Shown here: piece after piece, positions 1 to 8,989 of the stretch
Position numbering within the stretch: position 1 is the stretch's first letter
Layout: each line of letters starts with the position of its first letter
DNA from: Fusobacteriia bacterium UBA1095
GTDB lineage: Bacteria > Fusobacteriota > Fusobacteriia > Bac17 > UBA816
Assembly: GCA_002313635.1 (NCBI GenBank)
Contig: DCBY01000030.1
Location: 3,368 to 67,367 of the forward strand
Length of the DNA: 64,000 bases
Direction: 5' to 3'
The notes under the pieces: model-generated
Told to the model about the DNA's origin: nothing
The model's database searches: none
What the model saw: the letters and a program-made list of their open reading frames with translations, nothing else
Made by a program: the position numbers and the translations under genes

Positions 1-159
1 TTTACTAAAAAGCAGATAGTTGGGTCTATTATTGATGTTAAGGAAGAGTTGAATTCTCTTAAAGAGCTAGTAAAACAGGAATCGGTAGAGATTTTAAATG
101 AGATTGATAAATTGAGAGAATTTTTTGTTAGCATAGAGCTAACTAACATATCTATGTAA
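1..159 (+). CDS. 3' end of an upstream gene (…FTKKQIVGSIIDVKEELNSLKELVKQESVEILNEIDKLREFFVSIELTNISM*), product unknown
   Basis: Open frame running from the window edge to TAA at 157-159; hand translation. No recognisable motif. Confidence 0.3.
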   Translation, partial: FTKKQIVGSIIDVKEELNSLKELVKQESVEILNEIDKLREFFVSIELTNISM

Positions 160-959
160 ATTGGAAATAAGAGTATGTTAGATTTGTCTTTAAGAGCTTG
201 ATGTTCCTTAGACAAGTATTTTTAGTGATATTGAGGGCTCTTTAGTGTGCTAAGGACCTATTATTTAATTTGAGGAGGATTTAGAAAAAGAAAAAGTATC
301 CCTAAGCAAAAATTGCATTTAATCTTCTAGGTATATGAAATTTTGCATTAAATAGCCCCCCTATTCAATTATTAGACTGTGTTAACACTTTTTATAAAGC
401 TCTTAATGTGAGTGTATAGAGGTAATTTTATAAATAAAGAAGGTGAGATAATGCGATTTTTTAATAGAAGCGGTGTGCTCATTCAACTTTGAAAATATTA
501 CTAACGTATAAAGATTTATCCAGATTGCAAGTGTACTAAGAATACATATGTGTGGAGAAATGAAAACTTTATAGGATCTCCGTTAACTGAATTATATGTG
601 CCAGGAATAATTCTTAAAGTAAATTACAAGCTTATTTGATCAAAGTTTTTTTAGCAATGATTTTGAGTGGATCTAAAAATTTAAAGATTGTCAAATTAAT
701 TGTTAGAGGAATAGGAATTGAAATTTTGTTTTTCTTAATCTCACAGTATCTTGTAAATATTTTTCCATGTAAGCAAATGGCATTAATTTAATTTATTATT
801 TAGACTTATTAATTGTTTATTAATACAAATTTAACTTGCTTAATTTAATAAATGAACAATTTTTGGCAGTAGTAATAATTATATATTTATTATTGACTAA
901 AAAGGATAATGTGATAAAATTGCTTATGTGCAAAAATTATTCATATAATGGGGGTATAG

Positions 960-2537
960 GTGTTGATAATAGTTTTTATATTCATTTTGAATTCCTGTGT
1001 CTTGGGCTTTACTCAGAAGAAAAGCAAGGGCTTTTTGGGGCAGGATGTTTTATCCAGATTAAAGGTGTCTGATGACTGCAAGTGTAGGGGTTTTGGTAAT
1101 TGTGATATTTGTTTAGAGGATAAAAATAAGTTGAGTGAATGGATGAAGTCAGATTTAGTTGATTTTAAAGACAATGTAGGTAGAAACAAGTTAATGGTGC
1201 TTGTAGGTGAATTGGAAAGAGGGGTTGAGTTTAAAAAGTCTATTATTAGGGGTTGTGTGGATTGTTTATTAGATAAACTGTCTGGTGACGAATATAGCAA
1301 TTTATCAGATTTAACATTATTTGATGAAAAAGATTATGAAGGTAGAAGGGTAATTTCCCATATGCTTACTATTGGAATGGTTGAGGAGTTAAGATATTTT
1401 ATTGAATCAGTTTCAGATAAGGTTCATTATAGGTATGATTTCGGTATTACTAATCCATCATTGGGAGATGGAGTTTCTCCTTTTTGCTTGTTGGCTAACA
1501 TAGTAAGAAAAAAGGGAGATTTAACTGGTATTTTAGAAATAATTTTAAAGGTTAATCCCTCCATTATGAATCTTGCTGTAGACGGCAAAGGTAATACGGT
1601 GTATCATCTTTGCTCAACTTATGGTAATAGTACTCTTTTTGAGTATTTAAAAGGACTAACTGGGTACTCCAAAGAACTCCTAAGGGTTAACAATAAATCT
1701 TTTTTAGGAGCAACGGCACTTTCTATAAAATGTTTCGAAAACAACATATTTAGGTCTATGTTGAAAGAGGAATTACAAAATGAACCCAAAGGCTTTAAGC
1801 CTAATCTGAAAGAGTATGGAAGAGAACTCTTACTTATTGCAGCTAATTCAGGCAATGATATGGCTATGAAAGTTCTTTTTGAGAATGGTGCAAATCCAAA
1901 AGGGGCAATCAAAGCAAGGGTATGGGAAAAGACAAAAACAGTGGGGAAATTTTTAGTGGATGTGGTTGCTAATGTTGGGGATACTTCCTCTTTTTATGCA
2001 AGTGCTTATTTGTTTGGAGTTGCCTATAAGGGTAATTTAGCTTCAACTATTGTAGGGTCTTTTAGAAAGCATTTTCTCTCAAATAAATTAGTATTAATGA
2101 CAGAAAAGGATATTAAATTTGCATTCAAATATTTAGATAGTCATTATGAATCTTTTCACAAAGCTTTGAAAGCTATTTGTGAGGGGAAATATGAAAGTTA
2201 CAAAGAAGTTTTGGAAAAAGTAGAAAATCTTTCTAAACGACTTGAAGATTATCATGGACATATAAGGAAGAGGCATCCTCATTTCTTTGGTTTGCAAGGT
2301 GTTAAGAAAGAGAAAGAAAAGGAAGAGGAGAGAAGAGCTGAGTTTATTCTGATGGGGGAGAAAATCTTTTTGGATGGTAACTTTAGTGAGGAGAATGTTA
2401 ATAAAATTCTTAATTCTGAACCCTCTTTTGAGGAGTTGTTAGAATGTGGTAGTGGACTGGTAGAAATTATTGAAAATTCTATTGAGAGAGCTGAAAATTT
2501 ACTTAAATCTCATGGGCTTGATAATTTAGTAGGGTAG
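960..2537 (+). CDS. ankyrin-repeat protein, putative lipoprotein (N-terminal hydrophobic stretch ending ...ILNSC)
   Basis: 525-aa ORF with a GTG start preceded by GGGGGT. Contains ankyrin-consensus stretches (LLLIAANSGNDMAMKVLFENGANPKG; KGNTVYHLCSTYGNSTLFEYLKG). Confidence 0.6.
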   Translation: MLIIVFIFILNSCVLGFTQKKSKGFLGQDVLSRLKVSDDCKCRGFGNCDICLEDKNKLSEWMKSDLVDFKDNVGRNKLMVLVGELERGVEFKKSIIRGCVDCLLDKLSGDEYSNLSDLTLFDEKDYEGRRVISHMLTIGMVEELRYFIESVSDKVHYRYDFGITNPSLGDGVSPFCLLANIVRKKGDLTGILEIILKVNPSIMNLAVDGKGNTVYHLCSTYGNSTLFEYLKGLTGYSKELLRVNNKSFLGATALSIKCFENNIFRSMLKEELQNEPKGFKPNLKEYGRELLLIAANSGNDMAMKVLFENGANPKGAIKARVWEKTKTVGKFLVDVVANVGDTSSFYASAYLFGVAYKGNLASTIVGSFRKHFLSNKLVLMTEKDIKFAFKYLDSHYESFHKALKAICEGKYESYKEVLEKVENLSKRLEDYHGHIRKRHPHFFGLQGVKKEKEKEEERRAEFILMGEKIFLDGNFSEENVNKILNSEPSFEELLECGSGLVEIIENSIERAENLLKSHGLDNLVG

Positions 2538-2560
2538 TTTTTTACTTTTAGGAGGTAGTT

Positions 2561-4000
2561 ATGACTTATATTTTTTTACTGTTGTTTAGTGGTTGTCAAA
2601 GTGATTTTTCTTTTATAAAACCAAAGGGAAGAATTGATGATTTTATGAAATCTAGGAAGAATTACATAAAAGACGGAACTATGGTGTTAGATCAATCAAA
2701 GATTAGGGGGATGGTAGAGTCTTTTGTTGATAAGCCTGAAGAGTTGAGCGACCCTTTTGAAACTTCATTTTTTGGGGGCTTTTCTTTTATTCATTTCGTA
2801 TTTGCTATGGAGTGTGAAAAGAATGATACTCTTTTTGAAAATGCCTATGCTAAATTGTTTGAGGATAAGCCGGATGTTCTTGAAAGGGCCTTTAGAGTAA
2901 GTACTAGAAATAGACTTAATTTGGTACACCTTGCTTTAAAATATGGAAATCAAAGTGGGTTTGAAAAGATAAAATCTTTACCTATATCAGAAAAGTATTT
3001 CAAATCTTCCAATATTATTGGAGAAGATCCTTTTATGTTAGCAGTACGTATAATTTCAAGACAGGTAGCAAAGCCCGACTATTGTCAAAATTATATAAAC
3101 TTTTTAGTAGAATCAATTTCTTATATGTCGAGCAAAAGTTATTTTTTAGATAGTGAAGGTAATTTAATTAAAAATAGGGAAGGTAAAGATAGTTTAACTG
3201 GGAGTATATCTGCTTTTGTTGATAGTTATGAAGATGAAGATGATGTAGAAAGATTCATTCCAATATTTAGATTTATTCTTGGAAATGTTATGTCTAAATT
3301 GGGTAAGAGTAAGGTATTAGAAGCATTGGACAATTGGGAAGAGGTTTCTGGAGCCAAGAACCATAATTTTTTGCAACAGAGGATAGGTGAAGTTATAGAA
3401 CAAGTTAAAAAGTGCAGTGAGGATGATCTTTCAGAAATGGTCAATGATATGTTGATTTCCCAATCTGGAAAAGAACAAGAGCTGTCAAATGATACTCAGG
3501 ATGAAGATTGTGATACAACGGGAAAGGAAGACAAAGCCACATCATCAAAAACGAAAAAATCAGACAATGTAGAGGAAAGGTTAACGGCTTTAGAGAGGAA
3601 GCTTGATGCCTTCATAGATGCGTCTACGCGTATCTTGGCTTCAAAGACCTCTAGGGAGGATATTGATCTTCAGATTGAGTTGTTGGAAGCAAATAAAAGT
3701 GAATTGCATGCTGAAATGGATGTATTGTATGCTGAAAGGAATAACATTGTTAGAGGAAGGGAAAAGATGGGGGAACTCTTTTATCGTCGAAGTGAACCCT
3801 CTTATCATAAGTTGTTGAAAGCAAATAGAGAGGAATTGCATGCTAAAATAAGGGTATTGAATGCTAAAATGGAAATGTTAGAATCGGAAAAAGAGAGGTT
3901 AGAGGAGAAAGACTCACACGAAAGACGATTAAGTACTGAAAAACAAGGTCACGTTGATTTTGAAAAAGTTCCTTCTAGTGCCCTTACTACTTCGCATTAA
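2561..4000 (+). CDS. paralogous lipoprotein family member A (lipobox LFSGC) with a C-terminal coiled-coil/acidic tail
   Basis: RBS TAGGAGGT then ATG. N-terminal ~330 aa is homologous to ORF 4929-6101 (DPFETSFFGGFSFIHFVFAMECEKND vs DPFEPSLFDDFSFIHLLFSMRCERND). Ankyrin-like segment NLVHLALKYGNQSGFEKIKSL. Confidence 0.65.
   Translation: MTYIFLLLFSGCQSDFSFIKPKGRIDDFMKSRKNYIKDGTMVLDQSKIRGMVESFVDKPEELSDPFETSFFGGFSFIHFVFAMECEKNDTLFENAYAKLFEDKPDVLERAFRVSTRNRLNLVHLALKYGNQSGFEKIKSLPISEKYFKSSNIIGEDPFMLAVRIISRQVAKPDYCQNYINFLVESISYMSSKSYFLDSEGNLIKNREGKDSLTGSISAFVDSYEDEDDVERFIPIFRFILGNVMSKLGKSKVLEALDNWEEVSGAKNHNFLQQRIGEVIEQVKKCSEDDLSEMVNDMLISQSGKEQELSNDTQDEDCDTTGKEDKATSSKTKKSDNVEERLTALERKLDAFIDASTRILASKTSREDIDLQIELLEANKSELHAEMDVLYAERNNIVRGREKMGELFYRRSEPSYHKLLKANREELHAKIRVLNAKMEMLESEKERLEEKDSHERRLSTEKQGHVDFEKVPSSALTTSH
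3672..3941 (+). repeat. two tandem ~135-bp (45-aa) direct repeats inside the coiled-coil tail of CDS 2561-4000
   Basis: gaattgcatgctgaaatggatgtattgtatgctgaaagg near 3697 recurs as gaattgcatgctaaaataagggtattgaatgctaaaatgg near 3832. Protein level: LLEANKSELHAEMDVLYAE… / LLKANREELHAKIRVLNAK…. Confidence 0.5.
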
Positions 4001-4375
4001 TAGGATAATAGGGAAGGAAAGAGATTTTTTGGTATATTAATTTTAAGAGAGAGGGGCTTGCTTTTTCTTCGTAAGTGTTGTTATATTCTGTTTAGTAAAC
4101 AATAAATCTAAGGGAGAGGTACCTGGGTTAAAAGCAATCACGGTTTATCTTTGAGTTTAGAAAAGCCTAGATCTATTTACAAAAATTTACAATATTTTAT
4201 TGTGATTTTTATTATTAGTGTGTAGTTGTCAGAATAGTTTTGGACATTTGCTACCAAAAGAAAGGGTTGACGATTAAATAAAATTTAGTGAAAACTATAT
4301 GGAAGACGAATTTATAGAATTAGGGGGGCTTTTGTTATAAGCTTTGATAAGTTGTAGGATCCATTTCAGATTTCT

Positions 4376-4800
4376 TTGTCCGAGGGCCTTTTTTTTATAT
4401 TTGTTATGGATTGTAGTAAGAATAACTATCATTTTGAGGATACCTATAGTGTTATGGTTAAGGAAGAGCCTTTATTAATAAGGCCTTTTAAGAAGGGGCT
4501 AGTGCTGAATTTAATTTGGTGTATATTAGTTTTCAAATATGGAAATCAAAGTGGGTTTGACAAATTAAACTCTTTACACCAGGTACAAGTTTTTCTTCTA
4601 CAGATATAATCAGATAGGACCCCTTTGCAATATTTCAGAATTGGCCAATAAGATATTGATTTGGAAATCTGAAAAAGAAAAAAGCTGTTAAATAATCCCG
4701 GGATGAAGATTTTAATAAAAAGCGAAGAGAGAGCTAAAGCTAGTGAATTGATAGGGTAGTTGAGAGGCTTAAAGGAGGTGCTTTAGAACTTGATTTCAGC
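4376..4800 (+). pseudogene. degraded partial copy of the 2561-4000 lipoprotein gene (internal fragment, frameshifted and deleted)
   Basis: 25-nt identity aatatggaaatcaaagtgggtttga (4538-4562 vs 2940-2964). Flanking stretches align to gene A nt ~2795-3620 with indels and stops. Only a 77-aa ORF remains. Confidence 0.55.
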
Positions 4801-4928
4801 AAGTTTTAAGAGTGATTTGGAGGAAAAAGGAGGAATTCTAATATTTTGTTTCATTTTTATTCAAATATGAATGAATTATACAGAATTAATTTGAAATTGT
4901 TTGTGTAATTTCTTATTAGGAGGTAATT

Positions 4929-6101
4929 ATGATTTATGTCTATTTATTGTTTATTTGTGGTTGTTGGAGTTATTTTCCTTCTATTGAGGTAAAAGGCAAA
5001 ATTGATGGTTTGATAGAGGATACAAACTATGCGAGAGATGATTTCATAGAGTTAGATCAGTTAAAAGTAAGAAAATTAGTAAAATGCTTTCTGGAAGACC
5101 CTAAAGAACTTGAGGATCCTTTTGAGCCGTCACTGTTTGATGATTTTTCTTTTATTCATCTTCTATTTTCTATGAGATGTGAAAGGAATGATGTTGTTTT
5201 TGGAGAAGCTTATGACAAGTTGTTTGTTGAGGGTTCTTGTCCCCTTGAGAGAGCTTTTGAAGAGAGGACTGCTACAGGGCTTAATTTAGTGCATTTGACG
5301 CTAAAATACAGAAACCAGGGTGGGTTTGCAAAAATTAGAAGTTTAAATGCATGTCTGCCTAGATTTGCACAATACTTCGCTGCTACTGATATAATTGGTA
5401 TAGATCCTTTTATGCTAGCATCATTTAGTCTTTCAGGAGGTGTAGTTTCATCTTCACACTGCAATCCTAGTGATTTGCAATTTTTAGCAAGATCTATTAT
5501 TTATATGTCCGAAAAAAAATATTTTTTGAATAGTCACAATAAAGTAAGCTTAAATAAGGAAGGGAGAAATTTTTTAACAGGGAGTATATTCGCTTTTGTA
5601 GATAATTATGAAAATGTTAATGACATAGAAAGATTTGTTCCAATATTCAAATTTCTTATTGGGAATTTTTTATTAAATGTGGGTGATAAGTCTAAAATTG
5701 AGAAGATATTAGATAACTGGGAGGAGATGTCAGGTGCCTCAGAACATGAATTGTTGAAGAAGAAAATAACTGAGGCCAAGAGAAAAGTTGTGCTTTTTAG
5801 AAGGGATAAGTTAGAGGAGGTTACTAAAAGCATAACGAATATTCATTTTTTAGAAAAACTAATGAATGATCATGGCAACAATATTTTGGGAAAGGGACCA
5901 AGTTCCTCAAAAGGGAGTTCAAGAACAAAAGTGAAATCGGGTAGAGGAAGCTCTTCGCCACCCTTTCTTCGTGTGATTTCAAAAAAGCATGTAGAATCAC
6001 CAGGCAGATCCTCCTTAGCTAAATTTCAATCTCGTGTGACTTCAACGCCAAGTAGCCCCGAAGCAGCAATGAGATCGGATCGTAGAAAAATTACTAAATA
6101 G
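4929..6101 (+). CDS. paralogous lipoprotein family member B (lipobox FICGC) with a Ser/Arg/Lys-rich basic C-terminal tail
   Basis: RBS TAGGAGGT then ATG. The 5'UTR/start context is itself duplicated from gene A. Paralogy over the N-terminal ~300 aa. Confidence 0.65.
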   Translation: MIYVYLLFICGCWSYFPSIEVKGKIDGLIEDTNYARDDFIELDQLKVRKLVKCFLEDPKELEDPFEPSLFDDFSFIHLLFSMRCERNDVVFGEAYDKLFVEGSCPLERAFEERTATGLNLVHLTLKYRNQGGFAKIRSLNACLPRFAQYFAATDIIGIDPFMLASFSLSGGVVSSSHCNPSDLQFLARSIIYMSEKKYFLNSHNKVSLNKEGRNFLTGSIFAFVDNYENVNDIERFVPIFKFLIGNFLLNVGDKSKIEKILDNWEEMSGASEHELLKKKITEAKRKVVLFRRDKLEEVTKSITNIHFLEKLMNDHGNNILGKGPSSSKGSSRTKVKSGRGSSSPPFLRVISKKHVESPGRSSLAKFQSRVTSTPSSPEAAMRSDRRKITK

Positions 6102-6324
6102 ACTTAGTTTATCATTTATTCTAGTAAAACTTCATTAGAAGCAAGTGAGGATGGGGATGGTCTAAGAAGTTGTTATTGCTACTACTGACACATTTGTGAA
6201 TGCAAGGGATAATATATATAAATAGACTGCTTGTTAATTAAAGCTTGAATAATACTAGTTTTTTGTAAATTTTCTGTATGGTTTTAGAAAATTACGTCAT
6301 ATTGGTAATTAAGAGGAGATATTA

Positions 6325-6405
6325 ATGCTTTTATATGAATTGTTAAATGATCAATTTCATTATTTGATTATAATCTCTACTCTTTCAACTGAGACATTAC
6401 GGTAG
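6325..6405 (+). CDS. possible 26-aa hydrophobic mini-ORF (MLLYELLNDQFHYLIIISTLSTETLR) upstream of secA
   Basis: Strong SD AAGAGGAG 6 nt before the ATG. Otherwise unsupported. Confidence 0.2.
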   Translation: MLLYELLNDQFHYLIIISTLSTETLR

Positions 6406-6610
6406 TTGAATTATGATTTTTATTTGATTGAGTACTATTACTTCTGCTTAAGGTGATTAATTGCTATTAACAGCATTAGTAAAGATAAGAAGGAAATGGT
6501 AGGTAGAATTATGTACACTTTTTTTATGTATTTTCCCTTTATGTTTTGTGCTTCAACAAGTTCATTAAAATTTTTTTATGATAGAATATTCCTGTTGAAA
6601 GGATTTAGAT

Positions 6611-8989
6611 ATGTTAAGTAAAATTTTTGAAAGTATTTTTGGGACTAGAGATTCAAGGACCATAAATAAAATAAAAGTCTATGTTAATAAAATTAATGAT
6701 CTTGAGGATCAATTTTCTTCTCTTTCTGATGAAGAATTAAAGTTGAAGACAAAAGAGTTTAAAGAGAGGGTTTCTCAAGGGGAGTCATTGGAGTCTATTT
6801 TACCTGAAGCTTTTGCAACAGTTAGAGAGACATCAAAACGTGTGTTGGGTATGAGGCATTTTGATGTTCAATTAATTGGTGGTGTAGTGCTTCATCAAGG
6901 TAAGATAGCTGAAATGAGGACAGGTGAAGGTAAAACTTTGGTCGCTACTCTACCTGTCTACTTGAATGCGTTAACTGGAGGGGGCGTTCATGTTATTACA
7001 GTCAATGATTACCTTGCTAAAAGAGACAAAGAGTGGATGGGTAAGATTTATGAATTTTTAGGACTGAGCGTTGGTGTTATTGTTGCTGGTATGTCACCAG
7101 AAGAGAGAAAGAAAGAGTACTCTTCTGACATTGTCTATGGTACAAATAATGAGTTCGGATTTGACTACTTAAGAGATAATATGACTCAAAGCTTGGATGA
7201 TGTTGTACAAAAAAATCTTAACTTTGTAATAGTTGATGAGGTAGATAGTATCTTAATTGATGAAGCAAGAACACCTCTGATAATATCTGGATCATCTAAA
7301 GATATGATGAAAATATATGAACTGTTTGCAAGTGTTGCAAAACAGTTAGGCAAAGATTCAGATTATGAAGTTGATGAAAAAGAGAATTCTGTTCTTATGA
7401 AAGAAGAGGGTATAGCGAAAGTAGAAAAAATACTAGATATAGATAACCTGTACTCTGAAAAAAATGTAGAATTAACCCACTTTCTTAACCAAGCCTTAAG
7501 GGCAAAAGAGCTCTTCAAAAAGGATAAGGATTACATAGTTAGAGATGGAAAAGTAATAATAGTTGATGAATTTACAGGAAGACTAATGGATGGCAGAAGG
7601 TACTCTGATGGCCTACATCAATCTATAGAAGCTAAAGAGAAGGTTGTAATAGCATCAGAAAACCGTACTCTGGCTACAATTACTATACAAAATTACTTTA
7701 GACTTTATAACAAAATAGCTGGTATGACAGGTACTGCCAAAACTGAAGAGACAGAATTTTCAATGATATATGACTTGAATGTAGTGTCAATTCCAACAAA
7801 TAGGCCTATAGCTAGAGTTGATCATTCAGACTTGGTATACATACTAGGTAAAGAGAAAATGAGTGCTATAGTAAAAAAGATAGAAGAGGTTCACAAAAAA
7901 GGTCAACCTATACTAGTAGGTACAGCTTCTATTGAGATGTCAGAGGTTATATCTAAGATGCTAAGAAAAAATAATGTCCCTCACAATGTTTTGAATGCTA
8001 AGCATCATGAGAAAGAGGCAGACATAATTGCTCAAGCTGGTAGATTTGGAGCTGTAACCATAGCTACTAACATGGCAGGTAGAGGTACTGATATAGTTTT
8101 AGGTGGTAACCCTGAATTTTTAGCTAATAGGGAGCTGAGTGAGGAAGACCCTGGTTATGAAGATCTTATAAAGAAGTATATAAGGAGATGTTCAGAAGAG
8201 AAGCAAAAAGTTCTCGAATTAGGTGGGCTCTTCATACTTGGTACAGAACGTCATGAGAGCAGAAGAATAGATAACCAGCTTAGGGGTAGAGCAGGAAGGC
8301 AAGGAGATCCTGGAGAGACGCAATTCTACATATCTCTAGATGATGATTTGATGAGAATGTTTGGTTCAGAAAGGGTTGCTAGTCTGATGTTAAGAATGGG
8401 ATATAGTGAAAAAGATCCTATACAGCATAGAAGTGTTAACAACTCCATAGAAAGTGCTCAAAAAAGGGTAGAAGCAAGGAATTTTAGTGTTAGAAAGCAA
8501 CTTCTTGAGTATGATGATGTTGTCAATAAGCAGAGAGAAGTTATATATAAACAGAGAAAAGAAATTTTGAATGATGAATCTCTCTATGAAAAACTTAAAT
8601 CGATAATAGATAAGGTTGTTTCAGGTGCAAAGAGCACCTATATGGGTGATAACCCTGATGTAGAGTCTTTCATTGGTTATTTCAGTGATAAGTTTAGCTT
8701 TGATATAAAAGGTATAGAAGATATAGAGTCATCAATTTTTGAGCATTTAAAGAACAAATTAGAGGGCAGAGAAGATTCAATAAAGAGAATAATGCTTCAA
8801 GTAATAGATGGCAGATGGAGAGAAAATCTTTCTAATCTTGACTCTTTAAGAGAAGGGATACACCTTAGATCCTATGGACAACAGGATCCTATAGTTCAGT
8901 ACAAAATTGAAGCATCTAGACTTTACTACAGCATGGCAGCTCACATAAGAGAAGAGATATTAACTTATCTCTTTAGAATAGAGTTATGA
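6611..8989 (+). CDS. secA: preprotein translocase ATPase SecA (792 aa, lacks the C-terminal zinc-finger tail)
   Basis: N-terminus MLSKIFESIFGTRDSRTINKI; Walker A GEGKT; DEVDSILIDEARTPLIISG motif. Confidence 0.97.
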   Translation: MLSKIFESIFGTRDSRTINKIKVYVNKINDLEDQFSSLSDEELKLKTKEFKERVSQGESLESILPEAFATVRETSKRVLGMRHFDVQLIGGVVLHQGKIAEMRTGEGKTLVATLPVYLNALTGGGVHVITVNDYLAKRDKEWMGKIYEFLGLSVGVIVAGMSPEERKKEYSSDIVYGTNNEFGFDYLRDNMTQSLDDVVQKNLNFVIVDEVDSILIDEARTPLIISGSSKDMMKIYELFASVAKQLGKDSDYEVDEKENSVLMKEEGIAKVEKILDIDNLYSEKNVELTHFLNQALRAKELFKKDKDYIVRDGKVIIVDEFTGRLMDGRRYSDGLHQSIEAKEKVVIASENRTLATITIQNYFRLYNKIAGMTGTAKTEETEFSMIYDLNVVSIPTNRPIARVDHSDLVYILGKEKMSAIVKKIEEVHKKGQPILVGTASIEMSEVISKMLRKNNVPHNVLNAKHHEKEADIIAQAGRFGAVTIATNMAGRGTDIVLGGNPEFLANRELSEEDPGYEDLIKKYIRRCSEEKQKVLELGGLFILGTERHESRRIDNQLRGRAGRQGDPGETQFYISLDDDLMRMFGSERVASLMLRMGYSEKDPIQHRSVNNSIESAQKRVEARNFSVRKQLLEYDDVVNKQREVIYKQRKEILNDESLYEKLKSIIDKVVSGAKSTYMGDNPDVESFIGYFSDKFSFDIKGIEDIESSIFEHLKNKLEGREDSIKRIMLQVIDGRWRENLSNLDSLREGIHLRSYGQQDPIVQYKIEASRLYYSMAAHIREEILTYLFRIEL

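Noticed and set aside
160-959. 800-bp AT-rich non-coding stretch (and the similar 20797-21479) as a possible ncRNA or remnant element
   Set aside because: No convincing secondary structure, repeat or homology to the other spacers could be established by eye. Left unannotated.
836-1300. Small ORFs 836-1072 (+) and 1013-1300 (−) at the ankyrin gene start
   Set aside because: AT-rich low-complexity translations that overlap a better-supported gene. No RBS.
3618-3841. 66-aa ORFs on both strands inside gene A
   Set aside because: Echoes of the internal 135-bp tandem repeat, not genes.
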